Positions 8,155 through 16,432 of a stretch of 56,707 bases of DNA are shown piece by piece. The translations under genes were made by a program, and so were the position numbers. Location of the stretch: the IMG/VR virus record IMGVR_UViG_3300043608_000028, positions 1 to 56,707 of that record, one strand, 5' to 3'. Under the pieces are notes generated by a model. The model ran no database searches. It was not told the DNA's origin and was given only the letters and a program-made list of their open reading frames with translations. Positions within the stretch are counted from its first letter, which is position 1. Each line of letters opens with the position of its first letter. The DNA is from a virus (lineage: Duplodnaviria > Caudoviricetes).

Positions 8155-8666
8155 GGGCCTTGCGACCGGTGCTCGAACGATTCGAGGAAAAGGTAGAGCG
8201 CGTCACCGACTCCGGTTGTTGGGTCTGGATGGGCGCCCTCTCGATCGGCGGCTACGGAAAGTTCCTCGTGGACGGCCGCCTCATCTACGTCCACCGCTTC
8301 ACCTACGAGACCTGGCGCGGGCCGATCCCCGCGGGGCTCGTCCTGGACCACGTCTGCCGTGTCCGCTGCTGCTGCAGTCCCTGGCATGTCAGAGCGGTCA
8401 CGCAGCGGGAGAACGCCGTCCACAACAGCCTGAGCATGGCCGCCGTCCACAGCGCGAAGGATCGCTGCGGCAAGTGCGGCGGCGAGTACGCGATGCGGAA
8501 GGATCGAAACGCGCGCCGGTGTCCCCGCTGCGAGGCCCAGAAGTGCCTGAGCTATCGCCAGCGCAACCTCGAGCGACTTCGAGCCTACGACCGCGAGCGC
8601 AACAAGGCGGGACGCCGTCAGGCCCAGCCAACCACTTCAGAAGGAGCAGAAAGCCATGGCAACTGA
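8151..8666 (+). CDS. HNH homing endonuclease
   Basis: SGCWVWMG, GYG, VHRFTYE, LDHVCRVRCCCSPWH, TQREN. Confidence 0.9.
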   Translation: MRALRPVLERFEEKVERVTDSGCWVWMGALSIGGYGKFLVDGRLIYVHRFTYETWRGPIPAGLVLDHVCRVRCCCSPWHVRAVTQRENAVHNSLSMAAVHSAKDRCGKCGGEYAMRKDRNARRCPRCEAQKCLSYRQRNLERLRAYDRERNKAGRRQAQPTTSEGAESHGN

Positions 8667-9543
8667 GACCCCCGCACGCCCAGCGGAAGTCGTCGCGCCC
8701 ACCCAAGATCCGCCCGCCCCCTTGCCGGCCGTGATCCCGAAGGCGCCGGCCTCCACGCCCGTGGCCTTCGATGCTGACGACCCGATCTCCCTCTACATGA
8801 ACAGCGGCATCTTCGAGCAGCTCCAGCGGGTGGCGAAGATGATGGCGAAGGCCAACCTGGTTCCGGCCCACCTTCGCGGGGACGAAAAGATCGCCGACTG
8901 CTTCCTCGTCGCGGCCCAGGCGTTTCGCTGGAGGATGGATCCCTTCTCGGTTGCGCAGCACACCTTCGTCACCCAGGGGAAGCTCGGCTACGAGGGCAAG
9001 CTGATCGCGGGCCTCATCAACGCGAGCGGCCGGCTGCAGGCGAACCTGAAGCCGATCTACTCCGGTGCCCGCGGGACACCGGACCGCGCGGTCCGCATCG
9101 TCGGCCGCATCAAGGGCGAGGCCGAGGACCGCGAGATCGAAGGCACAGTCAAGGACTGGAAGACCAACAACGAGAAGTGGTCGACCATGCCGGACCAGAT
9201 GCTCGTGTACCGCGGCGCCCGCGAGTGGGCGCGGCGGCACATGCCCGAGGTCATGCTCGGGATCCAGGCCGACGAGGAGGTGGCTGAAACGGTGGCCCTC
9301 CAACCGCAGGCCGATGGATCCTTCGCGGCCCCCCGGACCCTGGAAGCGCTGACCGAGAAGCTGCAGGCGGCCGAGACGGCCGCCTGCGCCCACCCCAGGG
9401 TCACGGCCGACATCCTGGCCTCCGTGCCGGTCGGCCAGAAGTGGGCCTGCTCCGACTGCGGCGCCTCGCTGGACGGCACGAAGCAGGCAGACGGCCCGAA
9501 GGCCGACGAGAAGAAGGGCCGGCAGTCGAGGCTGGGCGAGTAG
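8656..9543 (+). CDS. RecT/Red-beta-like single-strand annealing protein
   Basis: VPAHLRG..ADC, MDPFSVAQ, GKLGYEGKL, W..MPDQML.YR..REWAR..PEV; downstream of YqaJ. Confidence 0.85.
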   Translation: MATETPARPAEVVAPTQDPPAPLPAVIPKAPASTPVAFDADDPISLYMNSGIFEQLQRVAKMMAKANLVPAHLRGDEKIADCFLVAAQAFRWRMDPFSVAQHTFVTQGKLGYEGKLIAGLINASGRLQANLKPIYSGARGTPDRAVRIVGRIKGEAEDREIEGTVKDWKTNNEKWSTMPDQMLVYRGAREWARRHMPEVMLGIQADEEVAETVALQPQADGSFAAPRTLEALTEKLQAAETAACAHPRVTADILASVPVGQKWACSDCGASLDGTKQADGPKADEKKGRQSRLGE

Positions 9544-9546
9544 GCG

Positions 9547-11187
9547 ATGGGCCGCCGCGCCGCCGCTACCGCCACCGCCGCCCTGCCCCTGGAGGCCCCC
9601 GCCGCGGCCGCCATAGTAGCGCCCGGGCCCGACCCCAACCGGCTCCGCCTCCACCGCCTCACCGTCAAGGGCTACGCCGGGTTCGGGGACGAGCCGGCCA
9701 GCTTCGACTTCGACCCCGCGGTGACGATCCTCCGAGGCCAGAACGCCTCCCGGAAGAGCAGCATCCTGGCGGCTATCCGCTGCGGACTCGGGATCGAGCG
9801 CATCGCCGCCAGCCGTCGCGCCCACATTGACGGGGCCGACGGCTCCCACCTGGTGCCCGAGATCGAGCTCTGGCTCCAGGGGGCTGACCGGGAGGTGCAC
9901 CTGCGCCGCCGCGGTGACGGCAGCCCCGAGGTCAGGGAGCGGGTGGGGGAGGACTGGCGCCAGGTCCCGCGCGGCGCCGAGTACCTGCGCGACCTCGTGG
10001 ATGCCCAAGGCGCCGTGCCCGCCACCTTCCTGCAGGCCTCGACCGACGAGCGGGCCACGATCCTGCTCGAGGCCCTCGAGCTCCCCGGCTACACCCGCGC
10101 CGACGCCATGGCCCGGGCGGAGCTGGTCGCCTTCCGGCTGCCGCCGATCCCCGACGGGCTCCACCCTTTGGAGGACATCGAGGAGGTCATCAAGGCGGTG
10201 GCCTCGGCACGCACCGAGGTCGGGCGCCAGCGGGAGACCGAGCACCAGACCGCGAAGAAGCTCCTGTCCGGAATCCCGGCCCAGGCCCCGGGCGACGTCG
10301 CCGCGGAGATCACCCGGGTCGAGGGGGAGACGGATGCCCAGGCCAGCGAGCTGGCCTGGGCCGAGGCCGAGGCCGACGCTGGGGAGCGGGCAACCGTGGC
10401 CACCGCCCGACAGACGCACGAGGCCGAGGAGACCAGGGTCAAGGACCGGTTCAAGGCGGAGGCCGACCGCGTCCGGTCCAGCCACGCCGAACGCGTGGCC
10501 GAGTGGCGGGCCGAGCTCGAGCGCCGCATCAAGGAGGACCTCGCCGCGAGCGATCGCGCTGTCGAGACCCTGCGCGAGGACTCCGAGAAGCAGCTCGAGT
10601 CCACGGACGCGGCCAGGGACGCCGTCATCTCCCAGGCCGGGCTCACCAGAGCGGAGGCCCGGGCCCGACACGAGTCGGCCCGAAAGGAGCTGGCCGCCGG
10701 CCGGGAGAAGCTGGCCGCCCTCCGAGCCCAGCAGCAGGCCGTCGAGACCGACCGCCACGTCCGCACCCAGGCGAAGGACTCCTCCGACAAGGCGGCCGCC
10801 CACGAGAAGCGGTGGAACGAGCTCACCGAGGCGATCGAAGCCCTGCGCCGCTACGCCGTGGAGCTGGCCGGGAGCCTGCCGATCAAGGGGCTCGAGGTCC
10901 GCTACGACGAGAAGGGCAAGCGCGTGGTCCTCCTCGACAAGGTCCCGCTCGACCAGGTCAACGACGGGCGCCTGCAAGAGCTGGCCGACGAAGTGTCGCT
11001 GCTCCACGCGGCTGCGCGTGGGACGTCGCGCCCCTACCTGCCCATCGTCCTGGTGGATTGGCTGGAGCGGGTGGACGAGGCGCGGCGCGCGGCCCACCTC
11101 CGCGGCCTGTCGGAGCGCGGCGCCCAGGTCGTCGCGGCCGTGGTGGGCGAGGGCCCGCTGCAGGTCGTCCACGGAGCCGCGGCGTGA
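9547..11187 (+). CDS. SMC/Rad50-like ABC-type ATPase with coiled coil
   Basis: Walker A-like GQNASRKSS, long coiled coil, Walker B/D-loop IVLVDWLERVD. Confidence 0.8.
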   Translation: MGRRAAATATAALPLEAPAAAAIVAPGPDPNRLRLHRLTVKGYAGFGDEPASFDFDPAVTILRGQNASRKSSILAAIRCGLGIERIAASRRAHIDGADGSHLVPEIELWLQGADREVHLRRRGDGSPEVRERVGEDWRQVPRGAEYLRDLVDAQGAVPATFLQASTDERATILLEALELPGYTRADAMARAELVAFRLPPIPDGLHPLEDIEEVIKAVASARTEVGRQRETEHQTAKKLLSGIPAQAPGDVAAEITRVEGETDAQASELAWAEAEADAGERATVATARQTHEAEETRVKDRFKAEADRVRSSHAERVAEWRAELERRIKEDLAASDRAVETLREDSEKQLESTDAARDAVISQAGLTRAEARARHESARKELAAGREKLAALRAQQQAVETDRHVRTQAKDSSDKAAAHEKRWNELTEAIEALRRYAVELAGSLPIKGLEVRYDEKGKRVVLLDKVPLDQVNDGRLQELADEVSLLHAAARGTSRPYLPIVLVDWLERVDEARRAAHLRGLSERGAQVVAAVVGEGPLQVVHGAAA

Positions 11188-11501
11188 CCCCCGCCGACTT
11201 CCCGGAGGCGAACCGCAACCTCACGAAGCCCGCGGGGATGACCGACGCGGAGTGCGGGTCACTTCCCACGTTCAACGACGGCCGGACTTGCATCTCCCGG
11301 TGGCGGATGACCTGGCGCGAGCGCCTCCTGGCCCTGCTGACGGGCGACGTCTGGCTCGGCGTGCTCTCGGGTCACACGCAGCCGCCCGTCTGGCTCGCAG
11401 TGAAGCGCCCGTTCGAGGGTTCATGGCGGTGGCGCATGCAGCATGGGGATCTGCGCCACGGCTTGCTCGCCCGCGTTCTGCGCCGCCTGGGGGTCGCATG
11501 A
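11184..11501 (+). CDS. conserved-type hypothetical phage protein
   Basis: FPEAN..L..P.GM...ECGSLP...ISRW..TWRERL..L..G.VWL.V....QPPV; GTGA overlap. Confidence 0.75.
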   Translation: MTPADFPEANRNLTKPAGMTDAECGSLPTFNDGRTCISRWRMTWRERLLALLTGDVWLGVLSGHTQPPVWLAVKRPFEGSWRWRMQHGDLRHGLLARVLRRLGVA

Positions 11502-11710
11502 CCGCCGCGGACGTCGATCCATACGGCAAGCTCCTCGGGCAGGCCGAGCGGATCGCGGACGCGGCGCAAGCCTTCAGCAACGCGGCCAGGTCAGACACGA
11601 CCAACCGCGAGCGGGCTCGGCTCCTGAATGCACTTGAGGGCCTCTGCCAGACGACGCGCAGCGTCCTTCAGGAATACGCCGACACGCAGAACCGGAAGGC
11701 CGAGGCGTGA
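11498..11710 (+). CDS. hypothetical protein
   Basis: ATGA overlap; helical. Confidence 0.6.
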   Translation: MTAADVDPYGKLLGQAERIADAAQAFSNAARSDTTNRERARLLNALEGLCQTTRSVLQEYADTQNRKAEA

Positions 11711-11813
11711 CGGGCTACGGTCTCATGCGCATCCGGCAAAGCTCGGCCACCGGAGTGGTCGGCTCGTTCTGGCCGCCCCACCGTCGTAGCGGCTTCGGGC
11801 CACGCACGCTCCT

Positions 11814-12164
11814 GTGCGGCCGGAGGCGTCGGTCAAGGAAGCGGGCGAAGCGGTGACCCACGCGACCATCATCCGGCGCGGGATGTTCGCCCTGGCCTGC
11901 CTCCTTGCCTTCTTCCTGGGCGCGGGCTGGGGGGTCTGGATGTCCCGCCGCGAGGTGGTGCTGGCGGCCCAACGGGAGAACCGGGTCCTCACGATGCTGT
12001 CCCAGCACGACGCCCTGGTCCGGCAGGCCACGTGCGCGGTGGCCCTCGTCGGTCCGCCGTCGCACACCTGGTGGGCGGAGCGGCGGAAGTGGGCGGGGCA
12101 CCTCCCGCTCCGCCCTGAGTGTTTCGGAGAGCCGGCCTGTGCCGGCGTGGAGGGCTGCTCGTGA
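11814..12164 (+). CDS. membrane-anchored hypothetical protein
   Basis: TM segment FALACLLAFFLGAGWGVW; start uncertain. Confidence 0.55.
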   Translation: MRPEASVKEAGEAVTHATIIRRGMFALACLLAFFLGAGWGVWMSRREVVLAAQRENRVLTMLSQHDALVRQATCAVALVGPPSHTWWAERRKWAGHLPLRPECFGEPACAGVEGCS

Positions 12165-12400
12165 GCACACCGGCGAAACCACACCCCTCGACTCTCTGCG
12201 CGGCCGCGACGATCGCTGACCACGCAGAGGAGATCAAGAAGCTCTTCAACGAACCGGTCTTCGTCACCGTCGTGGTCCGTAACCCAGCTCACCCCGACGG
12301 ATCCCGTGACGTGGTGGTCAGCCGCGACAACTGGACCCAGGTCCGCGACGCCGTGGAGGCATTGCTCCTCAGCACGGGCGCCTCGGCAGCCACCGTATGA
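12161..12400 (+). CDS. hypothetical protein
   Basis: Coupled at both ends. Confidence 0.65.
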   Translation: MSTPAKPHPSTLCAAATIADHAEEIKKLFNEPVFVTVVVRNPAHPDGSRDVVVSRDNWTQVRDAVEALLLSTGASAATV

Positions 12401-14220
12401 AGAAGCTGCTGATCTCCGACGAGCTGTCCCTCCCCATCGAGGCCGCGACTCAGACCTTCCTCGTCGTCGGCAAGCGCGGGAGCGGGAAGACGAACACGGC
12501 CGCTCGCATCGTCGAGCAGCTCCTTGCCGCCAAGGTACCGGTCGTGGTCCTCGACCCGGTCGACGCGTGGTGGGGCCTCAAGGCGTCGCGCGACGGGAAG
12601 GGCGCGGGCCATTCCGTCTACGTCTTCGGCGGACGGCATGCGGACCTCCCGCTCGAGGCCGGTGCCGGCGCCCTCATCGCGGACTTCCTCTGTGAGCACC
12701 AAGCGTCGATGGTCCTCTCGTGCAAGCACCTCTCGGGCTTGGAGCGCAGCCGCTTCATGGTCGACTTCACGATGGCGGTCTACAGGAAGTGGACCAAGGG
12801 CGTCCTGCACCTCGTCCTCGAGGAGGCCCACGAGCTGGCCCCGCAGGCGCCGCCCAAGGGCGAGAAGGCCGAGGAGATGCTCGGCGCCTTCAAGCGGCTG
12901 TGGAAGCTGGGCCGCTCCACGGGGATCGGTGGCACGGCAGTGACCCAGAGGCCGGCCTCCCTCCATAAGGACATCACCACGCAGTCGGAGATCCTGGTCG
13001 TCCACCGAACGATCGGACCGCAGGACGTCGCGGCCGTCCGGCAGTGGATCAAGTACCACGACCAGGGGGAAGAGATCCTCCCCGAGCTTGCCACCCTGAA
13101 GACAGGCGAGGCCTTCGTCTGGGCCCCCGAGTTCCCGGAGGAGAAACCGATCGGCCTGGTCCGCACCCGCGTGCAACTCCGCGAGACCTACGACTCCGCC
13201 TCGACGCCCAAGCACGGCGAGCAGCGCGGCGAGCCGAATGATCTGGCGCCCGTGGACCTGGAACGGCTGCGCGTGAAGATGGCCGCGACGATCGAGCGCG
13301 CGAAAAGCGAGGACCCGAAGGAGCTCCGCAAGCGGATCGTCGAGCTCGAGAAGTCCCTGCGCCTCGCGAAAGAGGCGGTGCCGATCCCCGAGGTCGAGCA
13401 CAAGGTTGTCGAGGTTCCGGTCCTCAAGCCGGCCGACCTGAAGCGCCTGGAGGTCCTGGTCGCCCGCGTCGAAAAGGCACAGGCCGCAGACGCCGTGCTC
13501 TCGGAGAAGGCCAACGTCACCGCCGATCGCCTGGCCACAGCATTCAACGCAGTCTCGGTGGAGCTCACCAACCTCCGCCACCAGCTCGCCCGGGGAGCCA
13601 CCTCTCCCCAACCGGTCCCGCAAGCCGTGCCCACCGGCGCACACGCGCCATCAGGGGCGGGCGGCCGCTCTGCGTTTACACGCACGGCGCCACCGTCCGC
13701 CCCCCCGCCTTCGAGTGGCAACGGTAGCGACCTCGCCCCCGCACGCCAGAAGATCCTGAACGCCCTCGCGTTCCTCGCCGGGATCGGCGTCGACCGCGGG
13801 GACAAGACCCAGGTTGCACTGCTCGCCGGAGTCAGCCCCACGAGCGGGGGCTACTTCAACAACTTGGGGGCGCTCCGTAGCGCGGGGCTCATCCACTACC
13901 CGGGGCCGAGCATGCTGGGCCTGACCGAAGCCGGAGCGGCGCTTGCATCTCACGATGGTGTTCCGACAACGGCGGAGGAGCTGCATCGCGCGCTCGCCGG
14001 CCGGCTTGCACCTGCGAAGTGGAAGATCCTCAACGAGCTGATCGGCTCGTATCCAGAGGCTGTTCCCAAGCACGAGCTCGCCGAGCGCATCGGAGTCAGC
14101 GCGACGTCAGGCGGGTATTTCAACAACCTGGGGTCCCTGCGTTCTCTCGGGTTGCTCCAGTACCCTGCGCCTGGTCAGGTCGTGGCCACGCCCGTGCTCT
14201 TTCTCGGGGAGCGGGCATGA
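12397..14220 (+). CDS. HerA/FtsK-superfamily ATPase (DUF87-like) with two C-terminal winged-helix repeats
   Basis: GKRGSGKT, VVLDP, LEEAHE, GR..GIG...TQRPA; duplicated TSGGYFNNLG.LRS.GL. Confidence 0.85.
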   Translation: MKKLLISDELSLPIEAATQTFLVVGKRGSGKTNTAARIVEQLLAAKVPVVVLDPVDAWWGLKASRDGKGAGHSVYVFGGRHADLPLEAGAGALIADFLCEHQASMVLSCKHLSGLERSRFMVDFTMAVYRKWTKGVLHLVLEEAHELAPQAPPKGEKAEEMLGAFKRLWKLGRSTGIGGTAVTQRPASLHKDITTQSEILVVHRTIGPQDVAAVRQWIKYHDQGEEILPELATLKTGEAFVWAPEFPEEKPIGLVRTRVQLRETYDSASTPKHGEQRGEPNDLAPVDLERLRVKMAATIERAKSEDPKELRKRIVELEKSLRLAKEAVPIPEVEHKVVEVPVLKPADLKRLEVLVARVEKAQAADAVLSEKANVTADRLATAFNAVSVELTNLRHQLARGATSPQPVPQAVPTGAHAPSGAGGRSAFTRTAPPSAPPPSSGNGSDLAPARQKILNALAFLAGIGVDRGDKTQVALLAGVSPTSGGYFNNLGALRSAGLIHYPGPSMLGLTEAGAALASHDGVPTTAEELHRALAGRLAPAKWKILNELIGSYPEAVPKHELAERIGVSATSGGYFNNLGSLRSLGLLQYPAPGQVVATPVLFLGERA

Positions 14221-14444
14221 TGGGCGCCAGCCACAAGGTCCCACCACCAGCGTCGCCGACGACGCGGGCCCTAGCCTACGAGGCGGAGAACGCGGCCCAC
14301 GGACTGGCCCCCTCCTGGCGAGTCGCCCTGCTCATGCGCTTGTCCCGTGACCTCCACGCCGTGGCCGATTCGGGGCGTGAGATGGCGGAGGAGGGGCTTC
14401 GCACGGCGCGGCACCTGATCGGCCTGGTCGGGGGCGGACGGTGA
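14217..14444 (+). CDS. hypothetical protein
   Basis: ATGA and GTGA overlaps. Confidence 0.55.
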   Translation: MMGASHKVPPPASPTTRALAYEAENAAHGLAPSWRVALLMRLSRDLHAVADSGREMAEEGLRTARHLIGLVGGGR

Positions 14445-16432
14445 GGGGCCTCCTCGCGCCCCGCCAGACGGAAGTCCGCCACTTCCATCTTTTCTGTGGG
14501 CTTGGCGGTGGAGCGCGCGGGTTCAACGCAGGCCGAGCGAAGGTGGGCCACGCCGAGGCCTCGTTCCGGTGCATCGGCGGCGTGGACTCAGACCCCGCCG
14601 CGATCAGGGACTTCGGGCGCCTGGCTGGCGTCCCGGGCACAGTGCTCGACCTGTTCGACCGCCCGCAATACCGTGGGTTCCACCAGCAGGATCCGCCCGA
14701 GGGTTGGCGGGAAGCCGGGCCCGACGACATCCGGCGGGCCGCGGGAGGCGAACGCCCCCACATCGTCTTCGGTTCGGCGCCCTGCAAGGGCTTCTCGGGC
14801 CTGCTCTCTTCGGAGCGCGCCGGGGGCGAGCGGTACCAGGCGCTGAACCAGCTCGCCATCCGCGGGCTGTGGCTGGCGCTCGAGGCCTGGAGCTCCGACC
14901 CGCCCGAGTTCTTCCTGTGGGAGAACGTCCCCCGCATCGCGACCCGCGGGCGCCAAGTCCTCGACCAGATGATCCGGCTCCTCGAGACCTACGGCTACGC
15001 GGTGGCCGAGACCACCCACGACTGTGGTGAGCTGGGCAACCTGGCACAGAGCCGGAAGCGGTTCCTCTTGGTGGCGCGCCACCGGGAGAAGGTTCCGCCA
15101 TTCCTGTACGAGCCGGCGAAGCGACCCCTTCGCGGCGTGGGCGAGGTCATCGGGGCCTTCCCGCTACCGGGAGATCCAGCGGCCGGGCCCATGCATCGGA
15201 TGCGAGAGCTCCAGTGGAAGACCTGGGTGCGGCTCGCGTTCGTCGAGGCCGGAGGCGACTGGCGATCCCTGGAAAAGCTGCGCATCATCGGCGGCCACCT
15301 CGCCGACTTCGGGATCGCGCCCGCCAAGGAGTGGCACCGAGGGACCCTTGGGGTCTGCCCCTGGGAGGAGCCTGCCGGCACCGTCACCGGCGCCGCGATG
15401 CCCACCACCGGCCCCTTCTCCGTGGCCGATCCTCGCGTTCCCTCGGGCTCCGGCGAGTACTCGCAGCTCGGCGTCACCGCCTGGGACCGGCCGTCCGGCT
15501 CGGTCACGGGGCAGTCGGCGCCCGGCGGTGGCCGGTATGCCGTGGCCGACCCGCGGTGCGCGTGGCACCCGGGGGCCTACCGAAACAAGCTGAAGGTGGT
15601 CGGCTGGGACCGCGCCTCTGGTGCGGTGATCGGTGCGCGCGGGCCGGATGCCGGCGCCCCGTCGGTCGCGGATCCACGCCTGGGCCACGGGCCTCGCGGG
15701 CCCCACTTCAACAACGTCTACCGGGTCATCCGCTTCGACCAGCCTGCGCCCACGGTCACCGCCGGCACGTCGCCCTCGAGCGGGGGCCTGGCCGTGGCGG
15801 ACCCACGCGCGGGGACTCACTGGCAGGGGAAGGGGAAGTACCGGGTCACCAAGTACGAGGACCCCGCGGGCACTGTGATCGCGGCGAGCACCACCGGGAA
15901 TGGCGCCTTCGCCGTCGCGGATCCCCGCTCGAACCTCGGCGGCGGCGCTTGGCCGAGCGCGGGTGGCGCCTACGGGGTCATCCCCTGGGCCGCCCCCTCT
16001 GGCGCCGTGGGCGCGAGAGCGGGGCACGACAACGGCCGGTACAACGTGGCCGACCCGCGCGTGGACGCTCGCTGCGCCGAGGTTCTTGCCACTGACCTAG
16101 CCCTGCCTGCGGCCGAGGCCCGACTCGTGGCCGTGATCCGGGCCCTCGACGGGACCTGGCACCGACCCTTCACCACCCTCGAGCTGGCCGCCCTGCAGGG
16201 GCTCGTGGAAGCCGGTGAGGAGCTGGAGCTCGCGGGCACCGCCGACTCGCACTGGCGTGAGCGGATCGGCAACGCAGTCCCCGGTCCCGCCGCGGCCGCG
16301 ATTGCCTCCGTCATGGGGACGACCCTTCTGCTGGCCTGGGCTGGGGAGACGTTCGCCCTCGGCTCGACCCCCATCTGGGTGCGGCCGATCGCGGTGGCGC
16401 TTTCGGTGGCCCAGCCGGAGAGCATCTCGTGA
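14441..16432 (+). CDS. C5 DNA cytosine methyltransferase with repeated variable region
   Basis: LFCGLGG (I), SAPCKGFS (IV), WENV (VI), QSRKR (VIII), IGNAVP (X). Confidence 0.92.
   Translation: MRGLLAPRQTEVRHFHLFCGLGGGARGFNAGRAKVGHAEASFRCIGGVDSDPAAIRDFGRLAGVPGTVLDLFDRPQYRGFHQQDPPEGWREAGPDDIRRAAGGERPHIVFGSAPCKGFSGLLSSERAGGERYQALNQLAIRGLWLALEAWSSDPPEFFLWENVPRIATRGRQVLDQMIRLLETYGYAVAETTHDCGELGNLAQSRKRFLLVARHREKVPPFLYEPAKRPLRGVGEVIGAFPLPGDPAAGPMHRMRELQWKTWVRLAFVEAGGDWRSLEKLRIIGGHLADFGIAPAKEWHRGTLGVCPWEEPAGTVTGAAMPTTGPFSVADPRVPSGSGEYSQLGVTAWDRPSGSVTGQSAPGGGRYAVADPRCAWHPGAYRNKLKVVGWDRASGAVIGARGPDAGAPSVADPRLGHGPRGPHFNNVYRVIRFDQPAPTVTAGTSPSSGGLAVADPRAGTHWQGKGKYRVTKYEDPAGTVIAASTTGNGAFAVADPRSNLGGGAWPSAGGAYGVIPWAAPSGAVGARAGHDNGRYNVADPRVDARCAEVLATDLALPAAEARLVAVIRALDGTWHRPFTTLELAALQGLVEAGEELELAGTADSHWRERIGNAVPGPAAAAIASVMGTTLLLAWAGETFALGSTPIWVRPIAVALSVAQPESIS

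Noticed and set aside
8398-11172. 924-aa minus-strand ORF and similar long antisense ORFs (38407-41016, 52532-54292, 15970-17679, 3750-5186)
   Set aside because: Shadows of high-GC3 plus-strand genes with recognisable motifs; no domain signal of their own
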